Below, one piece after another: positions 9,976 to 20,413 of a stretch of 64,000 nucleotides of DNA (positions within the stretch are counted from its first letter, which is position 1; every line of letters begins with the position of its first letter). This DNA comes from an uncultured bacterium. GTDB taxonomy: Bacteria > Patescibacteriota > Minisyncoccia > Phycocordibacterales > UBA9973. The stretch spans positions 34,269 to 98,268 of the forward strand of contig CAIQAL010000016.1 of assembly GCA_903869825.1 (NCBI GenBank). Reading direction: 5' to 3'. The notes below the pieces were generated by a model. The model ran no database searches. It was not told where the DNA came from and worked only from the letters and a program-made list of their open reading frames with translations. A program made the position numbers and the translations under genes.

Positions 9976-11640
9976 TTATATTGTACTTGATATTTCAACA
10001 ATCCTCAAACGAAGTTCTTCCCGTCCTCGAAAGTGGGAGAGATCGAATGTTGCCATTAGATTTATCTTTTTTCCTTCGGCGATTACCGTGTTAAATGACT
10101 CACAAGTTGAGAAAAAAGAAACTGCTTTCGCTTTGTTATTCTTTTCGTCTGAAAAAGTAATCTCGAGATGTTCCTCGGAACCATTCTTCCCAAATTTTTT
10201 TATGTTCCCCACTTTAATTTGCGAGAACAGAAAAACAGGCTTCGGGTTACCGATACCAAACGGCGCCAACTTCTCTACTTCCCGGTAGTTTTTCATATTC
10301 ACAAAAGAAAGGTCGGCTACTTGAATGGAGCAAGCACTACTTCCAATTTTTTCTTTTTGCTTCAGCTTATTATAAAAATCAGAAAGCACTTCTTCAAGTT
10401 TGTGTATTTTTTCATCAAGCACTGTAAAACCTCCCGCTCCATCATGTCCACCGTATTCTTTAAAATGTTCCTTAGCCCCCGCCATTAGTTCAACCACCGA
10501 AATTAACCCATCGGAGCGACATGAACCTTTAATGGAATCATTCTCATCTCTGCCCCAAACAAAAACTGGTTTCTGGTACTCGTCGGCAATTTTTCCCGCT
10601 ACAAGCCCGAGCACTCCGACCCGCCACTTTGGATTACCAATAACAATCACTTCCCCCTGCTCTCTGCCTTCAAATTTTTTCTTCACTTCGCGCATCATTC
10701 CTGCCACAATTAATTTTCTTTCATCGTTTATTTTTGTTAAGTGAGCAGCCAAGGTTCCTGCCTCGACTTCGTCTTTGGTTACCAAAAGTTCATATGCCCG
10801 CATTGGATCATCCATCCGGGAGGCGGCATTTAATCTAGGCACTACCATAAACCCAATGTCGTCTTCAGTGATATATCTTTGGTCAATATTCATTTTGGCC
10901 AAAAGTTTTTGAAGTCCGGGACGAGGAGATTTTCTTAAAACCTTCATTCCAAAACTCGCGATTAATCTGTTCTCTCCCAACAGTGGCACCATATCTGAAA
11001 GTGTTGCGAGTCCTGCCATATCAAGTAACCACTTTTCCCAACCTTCGTTTATCTCAAAAAATTCTCCATATTTTTTTACAAAGGCTTGAGCAAGTTTGAA
11101 AACAACCCCGGCGCCACACAACATTTTCTCCGGATAGTTATCTACTTTGGGATTTAAGATTGCATATGCTCGAGGCAAGACCTCCGGTGGCACGTGATGG
11201 TCAGTAATTATTGTTTCAATTCCATCCACTTCCGCCTGGGCAACTTCCGCCACCGCCGTAATTCCAAGATCAATGGTAATCAATAATTTTATTCCTTTAC
11301 CTGCAAATTCTTTTATTGCATCCATGTTGAGTCCATAGCCTTCCGAATTTCTCATCGGAATGTAGACTTCAAAATTTTTATAACCAACTTTTTCAAATAA
11401 ATCCACCAAAATAACCGCCCCAGGAATCCCATCGCAATCATAATCGGAATAAATAATTATTTTTTCTTCTGCCTCCATTGCTTCATATATCCGAACACAG
11501 ACACGCTCCATGTCCCGCATTAAAAATGGGTCATTCATCTCCAAATCATAATTTGGGTTCAAAAATTTTTCAGCTTCGGCTCCATTTTCAATTCCTCGAT
11601 TTTTCAAAAGTGTTTGAAGTAGTTCGGAGTATTTTTCCAT
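9976..11640 (-). CDS. recJ: single-stranded DNA exonuclease RecJ
   Basis: DYDCDG, ITDHH, PRLNAASR, GSCRS, PFGIGNPKP. Confidence 0.96.
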   Translation of the reverse strand: MEKYSELLQTLLKNRGIENGAEAEKFLNPNYDLEMNDPFLMRDMERVCVRIYEAMEAEEKIIIYSDYDCDGIPGAVILVDLFEKVGYKNFEVYIPMRNSEGYGLNMDAIKEFAGKGIKLLITIDLGITAVAEVAQAEVDGIETIITDHHVPPEVLPRAYAILNPKVDNYPEKMLCGAGVVFKLAQAFVKKYGEFFEINEGWEKWLLDMAGLATLSDMVPLLGENRLIASFGMKVLRKSPRPGLQKLLAKMNIDQRYITEDDIGFMVVPRLNAASRMDDPMRAYELLVTKDEVEAGTLAAHLTKINDERKLIVAGMMREVKKKFEGREQGEVIVIGNPKWRVGVLGLVAGKIADEYQKPVFVWGRDENDSIKGSCRSDGLISVVELMAGAKEHFKEYGGHDGAGGFTVLDEKIHKLEEVLSDFYNKLKQKEKIGSSACSIQVADLSFVNMKNYREVEKLAPFGIGNPKPVFLFSQIKVGNIKKFGKNGSEEHLEITFSDEKNNKAKAVSFFSTCESFNTVIAEGKKINLMATFDLSHFRGREELRLRIVEISSTI

Positions 11641-11675
11641 AAAAAAAGTATAGCATACTTGAATTTATGTCTCCT

Positions 11676-11703
11676 TTGACATATGCAAGATATTTGGTAT
11701 AAT
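11676..11703 (+). promoter_or_regulatory. sigma70-type promoter of orphan gene
   Basis: TTGACA-16nt-TATAAT with TG extension. Confidence 0.7.
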
Positions 11704-11772
11704 GAATTTGAAGTCAAAGTTTGTTCTTTGATTCGTTTATCCACAGAGTATTAATTTTTAAAAAAAACCAGT

Positions 11773-12123
11773 ATGAGTAAGCCTTTGGTTGATTCGGTTG
11801 ATTCAACAAAAAAACCTGCTGAAAAAGCAATCCTCGGGATTCATGTTCCTGCTACTCTGCCCGCAAATGGGCCACTCGAAAAAGGAATTCTTTACAGACT
11901 TCCAAGAAAAGAGTCAGTAAAGATAACCGTTACGCCCGCAAAGGGAAAATCATTTGAAAAAACTATTGAAGTAGAGGTGGCCAGGGTACAAAGAATAATT
12001 CCTGGAGGATATCTACTTTGTGGACCAAAAGCAGGAGATGGAAAATGCAACAAAAGGCATTCGTTCACTCTCACCAGGAGGGAAGTGCAAGAACTCCAGG
12101 CACTTGTGTCTTCTGAAAACTGA
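11773..12123 (+). CDS. hypothetical protein (orphan)
   Basis: 116-aa ORF with its own promoter and terminator. Confidence 0.7.
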   Translation: MSKPLVDSVDSTKKPAEKAILGIHVPATLPANGPLEKGILYRLPRKESVKITVTPAKGKSFEKTIEVEVARVQRIIPGGYLLCGPKAGDGKCNKRHSFTLTRREVQELQALVSSEN

Positions 12124-12153
12124 TAATAATAAATATAATTTTAATAATGACAT

Positions 12154-12180
12154 GAGGATGTAAGGACATCCTCTTTTTTT
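12154..12180 (+). terminator. intrinsic terminator
   Basis: GAGGATGT-AAGG-ACATCCTC followed by T-run. Confidence 0.8.
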
Positions 12181-12208
12181 ATTCCCAAATTTTTGCTATA
12201 TTTGAGAT

Positions 12209-12601
12209 ATGGAAAACTGTATTTTTTGTAAAATCGCGAGCGGTGAAATTCCTTCAAGTAAAATTTATGAAGATAAAGATTTTTTTGTATTTCTCGATAT
12301 TCACCCGGTTTCCGACGGACACCTTTTGATAATTCCTAAAAAACATTCTGTCTGGATGTGGGAAACTGATGATACGACTGTTGCCAATATTTTTGTCTTG
12401 GCAAAAAAAATTATGTTAGCTTTAAAAAAGGGGTTACCTTGCGACTATGTTCAACTCTCTGTTGTCGGCAATGAAGTTCCTCACTTTCACGTGCATTTGA
12501 TTCCGAGACATGAAGGAGATAATTTTAAAAATTTCCCAACCAAAGAATACCAAGAAGGCCAAACAACCGAACTAATAGAAAAAATTACTCGAGCGCTTTA
12601 A
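12209..12601 (+). CDS. HIT family protein
   Basis: CIFCKI, GHLLIIPKKH, HFHVH triad. Confidence 0.95.
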   Translation: MENCIFCKIASGEIPSSKIYEDKDFFVFLDIHPVSDGHLLIIPKKHSVWMWETDDTTVANIFVLAKKIMLALKKGLPCDYVQLSVVGNEVPHFHVHLIPRHEGDNFKNFPTKEYQEGQTTELIEKITRAL

Positions 12602-13799
12602 GAGCGGGTAATTCTTTCCCAGCTAAAAACTCAAGAGTAGCTCCTCCGGCCAAACTAATATGAGAATAATTTTCTAAATTTCCATTTTTTCGAAAAGTAT
12701 CTATCGTATCTCCTCCAGCAATAATTGTTTCTCCAACAACCTCTTTCATTGCATCAATTACTGTTTGGGAACCTGGTAAAAATCTTGAGTCTCCAGCTTT
12801 GCCCATCGGGCCATTTATAAAAACTGTTTTCGACTTCAAAATAATATCGTAGAATTTTTTTCTTGTTTCCGGACCAATATCAAGAGCCATCCATTCGCTT
12901 GGTACTCCCTCCTTCGTAATATCAATTATTTTTGTTTCCTTCCCATCAGAAATAACTACATCAGTAGGAATAATCACTTCTTTACCAAGGGATTCCGCCA
13001 ACGACAGAATGGACTTGGCTTCCTCTACCCAATCTTTTTTTTCGCGTTTTACTTTGTCGACAAAAACATCTTCAACAAAAGAACTTCCAAGTTCTCTACC
13101 TTGTGCTTTCAAAAAAACATTCGCCACTGCTCCCCCAACCAAAATCGTGTCCGCCATTTTTAGCAAATTACGAATTGCTTCAACCTTATCGGAAATTTTT
13201 GCCCCCCCAATTATCACCGTAAATGGCCTCCCGGGATTTTCCAACAAACCCGAGAGCATCGCCACTTCTTTTTCCAAATATAGTCCTGCGACTGCCGGCA
13301 GATGTCTTTCAATTCCTGTAGTTGAAGAATGCATCCGGTGTGCTTGGGGAAAACCATCAAAAACAATCAAATCTTTTCCTTCGCAAAGTTCTTTCGAGAA
13401 AGCATCGTCATCCGTCATTTCTTCGGCATGAAACCGCACGTTTTCAAGCATTAAAATATCACCCGACTTCATTTCTGAAATCTTCTCAGCAATTACAGAG
13501 CCAATACAATCATCAACTTTTTCTACCGGCTTGTTTAACAATTCAGAAAGTCTCTTTGCGTGAGGATTGGTTTTAAATTTTTCCACTATTTTCCCGTCAG
13601 GCCGACCCACATAAAATAAGATTACGATTTTACAATTTTCTTTTAATAAATATTCCAAGGTTGGTAAAGTCGCCCGGATACGCATATCATCGGAAACTTC
13701 CAAGACCCCATTTTTTTCTATCACATCAATATCATAAGGAGCACGGTAAAGAATCGTTTTTTCTGTAACCTCCATCTCCTTTAAATTTCTTAATTTCAT
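12585..13799 (-). CDS. pgk: phosphoglycerate kinase (divergent)
   Basis: MLENVRF, IGGAKISDK, DIGP, NGPMG, GGDT, GGATLEFL. Confidence 0.93.
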   Translation of the reverse strand: MKLRNLKEMEVTEKTILYRAPYDIDVIEKNGVLEVSDDMRIRATLPTLEYLLKENCKIVILFYVGRPDGKIVEKFKTNPHAKRLSELLNKPVEKVDDCIGSVIAEKISEMKSGDILMLENVRFHAEEMTDDDAFSKELCEGKDLIVFDGFPQAHRMHSSTTGIERHLPAVAGLYLEKEVAMLSGLLENPGRPFTVIIGGAKISDKVEAIRNLLKMADTILVGGAVANVFLKAQGRELGSSFVEDVFVDKVKREKKDWVEEAKSILSLAESLGKEVIIPTDVVISDGKETKIIDITKEGVPSEWMALDIGPETRKKFYDIILKSKTVFINGPMGKAGDSRFLPGSQTVIDAMKEVVGETIIAGGDTIDTFRKNGNLENYSHISLAGGATLEFLAGKELPALKALE

Positions 13800-13802
13800 A
13801 TA

Positions 13803-14558
13803 TTACAAACTTTCCGCTATTTTAATAATTTCTGAAAACTTCTCAGGGTTCAAGCTCGCCGCACCGGTTAATACCCCCTCCGCTCCCCCGTCCTTCAGGA
13901 ATCCTAAAACACTTTTTTCATTTACGGAACCACCGTAAATAATTCTAGGCATTTTTGTTTTGACACCAAACTTATCAGATAAAATCTTTTTGATAAAAAT
14001 CACCATTTCGTGCGAATCAGCCGGAGTTGCATCTCTTCGTTCTAGGGTAGTAGAGAGGGCCCACACTGGCTCATAAGCAATCACCAATTTTCCAAGCGAC
14101 TCTTTATTTATCCCGTTCAAGCATTCTTTAACCTGTGTTTTCACCACTTCAAAATACTCGTGGTTTTCATCCCGCTCCGTTTCTCCCACGCAGACTATTG
14201 GCTTCAGCCCAAAAAAGAGTGCTGCTTTAATTTTTTTATTTATCTCAGCATTTGTTTCCCCAAGCTTCCGTCTTTCCGAGTGTCCAATAATCACATACTC
14301 TGCTTTGAGATTGACCAACATTGGGGCGGAAATTTCTCCAGTAAAAGCCCCTCGCTCTTCATAAAAAACATCTTGAGCACCGAGTTTAAATTTCTTAGAA
14401 ATTTTATTCAATTTCTCCAAGTACAAAAAAGGCGGGCAAACTACTACTTCGATTTTTTTGAAATTACTTTTATTTGCAACCTTGGTGAGTAGTGCTTCCG
14501 CTTCTTTGAGAGATACCGGATTCATTTTCCAATTAGCAACAATAATTTTTTTAGACAT
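13803..14558 (-). CDS. tpiA: triosephosphate isomerase
   Basis: ANWKMN, GHSERR, AYEPVWA, YGGSV. Confidence 0.97.
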   Translation of the reverse strand: MSKKIIVANWKMNPVSLKEAEALLTKVANKSNFKKIEVVVCPPFLYLEKLNKISKKFKLGAQDVFYEERGAFTGEISAPMLVNLKAEYVIIGHSERRKLGETNAEINKKIKAALFFGLKPIVCVGETERDENHEYFEVVKTQVKECLNGINKESLGKLVIAYEPVWALSTTLERRDATPADSHEMVIFIKKILSDKFGVKTKMPRIIYGGSVNEKSVLGFLKDGGAEGVLTGAASLNPEKFSEIIKIAESL

Positions 14559-14577
14559 ATTTATATCTTAGCATATC

Positions 14578-15903
14578 CTAATTTGTTTCTTTCCAGCCTG
14601 CCAAACCCCAGCCACCTGATGGACCACTTTGGAATTCCGGGCTCGCCAATCCTTGGTCATAACTTACCGTACTTCCCCCTGTTACCGAGATAGTTTTCCC
14701 GGTCGCAGAATTTATTGTGATTCCTCCGCTTAGGGCAACCTTTCCTGATTGAGCACACACTGCGATTGCTCCAGATCCTGCAGTAACAGTTAGCGCATTA
14801 TTGTTGCTACCAGACAAACCACAACCTGAACTACTTCCAGAACAAGTATTCGTGGTGACCACAAAAAGATAACTCCCTGGTGCTCCGGAACCAGTGTAAC
14901 TGCCTCCACTTAAGACAACTTGGCCATCAGTAACAATGGTTGCGCTGTATTGGTTAAAATTTGATGGCAATTTGATTGAGCCTCCTCCTGAAACCGTTAT
15001 CGTCCCCATTACATAGATAGTCCCCGTCAAAGTAAGAGTTCCCCCACCGTCAACAACCAGGTTCCCGGTTATTTTACCTGGACCGAAAGTGGCATTCGCC
15101 CAATCAACGTGACAATTACCACCACTGTATCCGCCGTGACAATTTGTAGCACCAGTAATTATCCCACCGGCTGTTCCTTCCGCTTTCCATTCATTAATAT
15201 TTTCATCAGTAAAAGGCATATCAATCGCTGGTGGAATTCCTTTCGAGGTATTACAAACTTTATTTGTGTTAGCTTTTACTTGGCAATACAAATTACCAGC
15301 CACATTTGCCCCGACCACTTTGTATGCCCAGGCATCACCCACCCCCGATGTCCCAATCGTTACCGGATCATTTGGATTCGCATTATCTCCGATAAAGGAA
15401 GCGCCTCCGGCAGCAATCGCCGTGCCGGTTATTTTGTTGTTAGCTTGAATGTTCCCGTTTGAATAGACATTTCCAATAATTTTAGATCCTCCGTCAAGAA
15501 TAAACCCACCATTCCCGGATTGAATTCCGTAATTGAATCCAACCCCGGCTCCTTCTTGGAGAATCATATCTACCTTTCTTTGAAAATTTTTAACACTTCC
15601 GAGAGAAATTATTTCTTTCTGATTAACGGTAGTAGTAATGTTAGTGGTAGTAGTATTTGAATCAAGCGTAATCGTTTCACTAGTTCCAATATTTTTACCA
15701 GCTAAAATACGATACATCGCATCTTCCGCCCCAGACTCAGACAAAAAGTACGATTTTTTTGAATTTAAATTTTCTGCAACAGATTGTACTTCTCGTACTG
15801 AAGGAGAGACTAATCCTGAAATAATTGCCAAAGAAATGAAAAGAAAAAAGACTACCATTATCAACATCGCTGCCCCGCCATTTGTTTTTATTTTTTGTTT
15901 CAT
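14578..15903 (-). CDS. PilX-like minor pilin with Gly/Thr-rich C-terminal domain
   Basis: GG|AAMLI hydrophobic N-terminus, SYFLSESGAEDA motif; last gene of pilus cluster. Confidence 0.75.
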   Translation of the reverse strand: MKQKIKTNGGAAMLIMVVFFLFISLAIISGLVSPSVREVQSVAENLNSKKSYFLSESGAEDAMYRILAGKNIGTSETITLDSNTTTTNITTTVNQKEIISLGSVKNFQRKVDMILQEGAGVGFNYGIQSGNGGFILDGGSKIIGNVYSNGNIQANNKITGTAIAAGGASFIGDNANPNDPVTIGTSGVGDAWAYKVVGANVAGNLYCQVKANTNKVCNTSKGIPPAIDMPFTDENINEWKAEGTAGGIITGATNCHGGYSGGNCHVDWANATFGPGKITGNLVVDGGGTLTLTGTIYVMGTITVSGGGSIKLPSNFNQYSATIVTDGQVVLSGGSYTGSGAPGSYLFVVTTNTCSGSSSGCGLSGSNNNALTVTAGSGAIAVCAQSGKVALSGGITINSATGKTISVTGGSTVSYDQGLASPEFQSGPSGGWGLAGWKETN

Positions 15904-15912
15904 TTTTTTTAA

Positions 15913-16419
15913 TTAATAACTTCCCCGTAAAACAACAGTATCATAAAAATCAAAATTCCTCGTCTGAACGTCATCTGCCGCCTGAATAGTAAGAACAATC
16001 TTCAATGCTTGCCCGTTTGGGTCCGTCAATTGAGTAAAGGTAAGACTTTGCACTTTTATGTTCGGGCCATTCAAATTACCGGCAACGGTACTATTTTCAA
16101 GTAGACTGATGTTATTTCCCGTGAAGTTAAACTCAACGGTTTTATTTGCTCCAGCATCATCTTTTGTGTCGAGCTTCAAATAGTTCGTGCCCGTAAGAGT
16201 CTCAATATGGTATGCCCCTCTTATTTCACGGGAAATTCTTTCCAATATTTCTGAGGCCTGTGCAATTTCTCTTTGCACTTTTGTTTCTTTAAAAGATTTA
16301 GTCATCACAATCATCGCATTAATTACCGCAATCGAAACTATGACAAAAATAACAACATAAAAAAGAGTTTCAATAATCGAGGCTCCCTTATTCAATTGTT
16401 TATTTTTTTTACTAGTCAT
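15913..16419 (-). CDS. prepilin-type minor pilin (PilW-like)
   Basis: KG|ASIIE class III signal, LERISREIR. Confidence 0.8.
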   Translation of the reverse strand: MTSKKNKQLNKGASIIETLFYVVIFVIVSIAVINAMIVMTKSFKETKVQREIAQASEILERISREIRGAYHIETLTGTNYLKLDTKDDAGANKTVEFNFTGNNISLLENSTVAGNLNGPNIKVQSLTFTQLTDPNGQALKIVLTIQAADDVQTRNFDFYDTVVLRGSY

Positions 16420-16898
16420 TAAAAAATATTTAATATGTAAAACTTCAAGTATTTAGACATCGTTTGGCCACCTTCGACCCAAGAAACAGTCACCGTTATA
16501 AGTTTTGTCCCTGGGTCATCTGTACCACTCCCTGAAATATCATCAGTCCCAGCGACTCGATTCACTGCTGCAATATTTATTTTCCTTGTAAAAATACCAA
16601 CCTGCGAACTGGTCGTGGGTAAAGTCCAAGCCCCAGCGGAATAAGTTGGATAATAGGAAGTAGCCGTATTTAAGCTTGAAATATTTGTCCAGTTTGTATC
16701 TCGAATAATTCTAACTGCTTCCGCTCCTTCCTCTAAAAGAAAATTCGCTTGAGTCATATGGAGCGCTTGTTTAGACACGCTGATTGCTCGGTTTGAAACC
16801 GCCATGCAAGCAAAAATGGATGTGGTAATAATCGCAATCGCTACTACCACTTCGACCATCATAAATCCATTATTCTTTTTTTTAAATAAATTTTTCAC
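16419..16898 (-). CDS. prepilin-type minor pilin (PilV-like)
   Basis: NG|FMMVE class III signal, EEGAEAVR, ITVTVSW. Confidence 0.82.
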   Translation of the reverse strand: MKNLFKKKNNGFMMVEVVVAIAIITTSIFACMAVSNRAISVSKQALHMTQANFLLEEGAEAVRIIRDTNWTNISSLNTATSYYPTYSAGAWTLPTTSSQVGIFTRKINIAAVNRVAGTDDISGSGTDDPGTKLITVTVSWVEGGQTMSKYLKFYILNIF

Positions 16899-16900
16899 TT

Positions 16901-17368
16901 TTAATTTACACTAAGCGACCCGGTAGCTGAAATAGTAATCGTCTTTGTTAAATTGGAATCTCCGGCAATCGAAACCACTACTGAGCCATTTTTATTGGGC
17001 GTGCCACTTTGCCGATTAAAGTAAAAATCAGTGCCCCCTCCTGATAAGCTTATGGTTGAAATACTTGCAGGAGAAATAATGTCTATTATTTCATTATTTG
17101 CATCATTAGACACATAAGAAGTCCCTCTAAAAATTATAATCTTATCAACCTGAAAATGAATACCGTAATTGTATGAATCAAGCGAAGCCAGAGTTTCAGA
17201 CTTCGCTTTATTTGAAGCAGAGATAATATCTTCTGAAGCATTTTTTAAAACTTGAGTTTGTTTTATCTTGACCAGCTGCGGGTACACAACCCTTGCCAGA
17301 ATTCCAACGACTGCGATTACAATTATAATTTCCAAAATCGTTATTCCTTTTTTGTAAAAATTTTTCAT
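16901..17368 (-). CDS. prepilin-type minor pilin (FimT/GspH-like)
   Basis: KG|ITILE class III signal. Confidence 0.82.
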   Translation of the reverse strand: MKNFYKKGITILEIIIVIAVVGILARVVYPQLVKIKQTQVLKNASEDIISASNKAKSETLASLDSYNYGIHFQVDKIIIFRGTSYVSNDANNEIIDIISPASISTISLSGGGTDFYFNRQSGTPNKNGSVVVSIAGDSNLTKTITISATGSLSVN

Positions 17369-18585
17369 TATTTTATATTATTCATCACCGAGTAAAGCGG
17401 AGTAATTATAGAAAGTGCAAAAAAGCCAACCGCACTTCCAATTATAATCATCAAAAATGGTTCAATAATTGTCGAAAGATTTTTGGTTCTACTCTCGATT
17501 TCTTCTTCATAAAACAATGCAACTTGCAGAAGCATGTCTGAAAGCTTTCCTGTTTCTTCTCCTACCTGTACCATCTCCGCCATCATTACCGGGTACAATT
17601 TAGGGCTAGAAATAAAAACTTCGGAAAAAGGAGCCCCTTTCTCAATCGCGGTTTTTGCTTCCTTCAAAACATTTTTGTAGTAAACATTCTGAACCACATT
17701 TTCGGTAATTTCAATTGATCTGACAATCGGAACTCCAGATAAAAGAAGTGAAGAAATCGTGCGAGCAGTCCTGGCAGTGTTCAATTCTTTTGCCATATTG
17801 CCGATTGCCGGAATTTGAAGAACGATATAGTCAACATACTTCGCCAAAAAACTAGCTCTTGCCAAACACCACATTCCCCCAACAAATATGATAATGAAAG
17901 TTAGTGCCAAGATTAAATGATGAGAAAAAAAATCTCCTAAAAAAATAATAAATTTTGTCGAAGCAGGCAAAGCGGCTCCCACGTCTTTAAATGTCTTGGC
18001 AAGCGTCGGCACCACGAATGCAAGCATCAATATTCCAATCAATACCATGGCCGAAAGAATGACCGCTGGATAAATCAGCGCTCCTTTTACTTTTTTTGTT
18101 AAAGCATGGGATTTTTCCAAGTTTGCCCCTACTTCCGATAGCGCTCCAGCTAAATTTCCTGATTCTTCTCCTGCTTGAACCATCGATACGAATAATTTTG
18201 AAAAAATATTTGGATATTTTGCCAGTCCCGACGACAACGTTCCTCCAGAATTTATTTCATCCCCAAAAGCAGTTAAGACTTCGTTAAATTTTTGATTTTT
18301 TGTTTGTTTTTTTAAAACGGATATTGCTCTAGAGAGAGAAAGACCGGCTTTTATCATTCCGCTTAAATTTTTTGTGAAAATAATTTGGTCTTGCACCCCA
18401 ACTTTTCCAAAAATTTTCTGAAACACTTTGTCTACACTAAAAATATTTTCCTTTTGTTCCCAAATATGAGTAGGAACACTCCCTCGTGAACGAAGTTCCC
18501 GAGAAAGGGCAAACTTATCGACTGATTCGAGAACTCCTTCAATTACTTTCCCTTCCTTTGTTTTTGCTTTGTAAAAAAAATTCAT
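17368..18585 (-). CDS. pilC: type IV pilus/T2SS inner-membrane platform protein (PilC/GspF family)
   Basis: AGEESGNL, ALIYP, VGEETGKL, IIEP. Confidence 0.92.
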   Translation of the reverse strand: MNFFYKAKTKEGKVIEGVLESVDKFALSRELRSRGSVPTHIWEQKENIFSVDKVFQKIFGKVGVQDQIIFTKNLSGMIKAGLSLSRAISVLKKQTKNQKFNEVLTAFGDEINSGGTLSSGLAKYPNIFSKLFVSMVQAGEESGNLAGALSEVGANLEKSHALTKKVKGALIYPAVILSAMVLIGILMLAFVVPTLAKTFKDVGAALPASTKFIIFLGDFFSHHLILALTFIIIFVGGMWCLARASFLAKYVDYIVLQIPAIGNMAKELNTARTARTISSLLLSGVPIVRSIEITENVVQNVYYKNVLKEAKTAIEKGAPFSEVFISSPKLYPVMMAEMVQVGEETGKLSDMLLQVALFYEEEIESRTKNLSTIIEPFLMIIIGSAVGFFALSIITPLYSVMNNIK

Positions 18586-18599
18586 ATTTTTTAAAACCT

Positions 18600-20348
18600 T
18601 TACTCCGAAACTACTCGCAATACTTCTTCCAAGGAAGTATATCCTTCCACCGCTTTTAGGATACCATCTTCGAGCATTGTAGACATTCCTTCTTTCTTTG
18701 CTTGTTCTTCTATTTGGTCTTGAGAACTACCCCGAATAATTAACTCTTTAATACTGGAAGTCACCTTTAGTACTTCATGAATTCCAATGCGACCCGAATA
18801 TCCCAAATTATTGTCACTCCCTTTAACCGGCTTATAAAAAGGAACTTCTGCCCAAGTATCTTTTGGACCAATTGCTTTTTCAGTTTTAAGGAGAGCTAGC
18901 ACTCTTTCTAGATTAACAATTTTCTCCAAATTTTTTAACTCCGCATCGATTAAAAAATATTTTTCTTTCTCAGCAGTAAGTTTTCGAACAAGTCTCTGAG
19001 CGATAATAGTTTTGACGGTTGAAATTAATAAAAATGGTTCCACTTTCATATCAATCAATCTTGGGATAGCCCCAGCGGCCGAGTTCGTATGAATGGTCGA
19101 AAGTACCAAGTGCCCGGTTAGTGATGCATTCACCGCGAGGGCTGCTGTTTCGGTATCCCGGATTTCTCCAACCATTATTATATCGGGGTCTTGTCGAAGA
19201 AGAGTACGTAAGCCGTTGGCAAAAGTCATCCCGATTTCTGAGCGAACCTGAGTTTGATTTACTCTTGGCATCTGATACTCGATTGGGTCTTCAATGGTTG
19301 AAATATTTACTTCCGGACGATTTAAAATATCAAGCATCGTATATAGCGTAGTGGTTTTACCTGAACCAGTTGGACCAGTTGCTAAAATCATACCAATTTT
19401 TTGTTTCAAAGATTCATGAATTCTTTCCAAACCTTCACCGTGAAAACCAATCGTTTCAAGAGAAAGGCCATGAGAATTTTCTTTCAAAATTCTTATAACC
19501 GTTTTTTCTCCATAATAAGTCGGTAAGGTTGAAACACGAAAAGAAATTTTTTCACCATTCTGCTCTATTTTAAATCTTCCGTCCTGGGGCAATCTTTTTT
19601 CGTCCAATTTTAAATTTGAAAGAACTTTGATACGGGCAGTGATCCCTGGCGCAGCATTCTTATCCAAAATCATCGCGTCGTGCAATATTCCATCGATTCG
19701 ATACCGAACAGTCAATTCTGTTTCTCCCGGTTCGATATGAATATCGGAAGCATTTTGCAAAATTGCATGGAAGACAAGTGAGTCAACAATCTTCACCACC
19801 GGCAAATCTTCCGCCATTTCTTTTAACTCTTCTTCCGATTTTTCTCCTTCATCTTTTGAAACTGTTTTTATTGAAGAAGTCTCTTTTTGGATAATGTTAT
19901 CGAACTCCGCTTGTAAGCTTTTCCTATATAGCACCAGGGCTGACTTGATAGAATTTGAGTCAGTAAGGCGTGGTAAAATTTTTAAACCGGATCTTTTTTT
20001 AATAAAATCAGTTACTGCAATATCATCTACGTCGAGCATTGCAACTTCAAGTCCTGTATCACTTTTTTTATATGCAATAATATTATGATTTCGTGCAATT
20101 GGTTCCGGTATTAGCGAAAGAATCGCAATATCTATTTTTTGATTGGCTAAGTTTACAAAAGGAATCCCAAGAACGAATGCTTCCATTCTCCTTAAGTCTG
20201 CTTCGGAAATTTTTCCACTCGAAAGCAAGACGTCTCCGAACTTTTGTTTTTTTTCTTTGGCTATTTTTACCGCTTCTTCCAAATCATCCCGAGAAATAAG
20301 TTTTGACTCAAGGATAAATTTTTTTAATTGATCTTCGTCAATTTCCAT
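18600..20348 (-). CDS. pilB: type IV pilus assembly ATPase (PilB/GspE family)
   Basis: ASDIHIEP, RLPQDGR, GPTGSGKTTTLY, LRQDPDIIMVGEIRD, GRIGIHEVL. Confidence 0.95.
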   Translation of the reverse strand: MEIDEDQLKKFILESKLISRDDLEEAVKIAKEKKQKFGDVLLSSGKISEADLRRMEAFVLGIPFVNLANQKIDIAILSLIPEPIARNHNIIAYKKSDTGLEVAMLDVDDIAVTDFIKKRSGLKILPRLTDSNSIKSALVLYRKSLQAEFDNIIQKETSSIKTVSKDEGEKSEEELKEMAEDLPVVKIVDSLVFHAILQNASDIHIEPGETELTVRYRIDGILHDAMILDKNAAPGITARIKVLSNLKLDEKRLPQDGRFKIEQNGEKISFRVSTLPTYYGEKTVIRILKENSHGLSLETIGFHGEGLERIHESLKQKIGMILATGPTGSGKTTTLYTMLDILNRPEVNISTIEDPIEYQMPRVNQTQVRSEIGMTFANGLRTLLRQDPDIIMVGEIRDTETAALAVNASLTGHLVLSTIHTNSAAGAIPRLIDMKVEPFLLISTVKTIIAQRLVRKLTAEKEKYFLIDAELKNLEKIVNLERVLALLKTEKAIGPKDTWAEVPFYKPVKGSDNNLGYSGRIGIHEVLKVTSSIKELIIRGSSQDQIEEQAKKEGMSTMLEDGILKAVEGYTSLEEVLRVVSE

Positions 20349-20358
20349 ATATACAGTA

Positions 20359-20394
20359 TACCAAAAAATTCCCTAGTTAGGGAATTTTTTGGTA
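20359..20394. terminator. bidirectional hairpin terminator
   Basis: TACCAAAAAATTCCCTA-GT-TAGGGAATTTTTTGGTA perfect inverted repeat. Confidence 0.75.
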
Positions 20395-20413
20395 CGTAAA
20401 TTATAAATAATTT

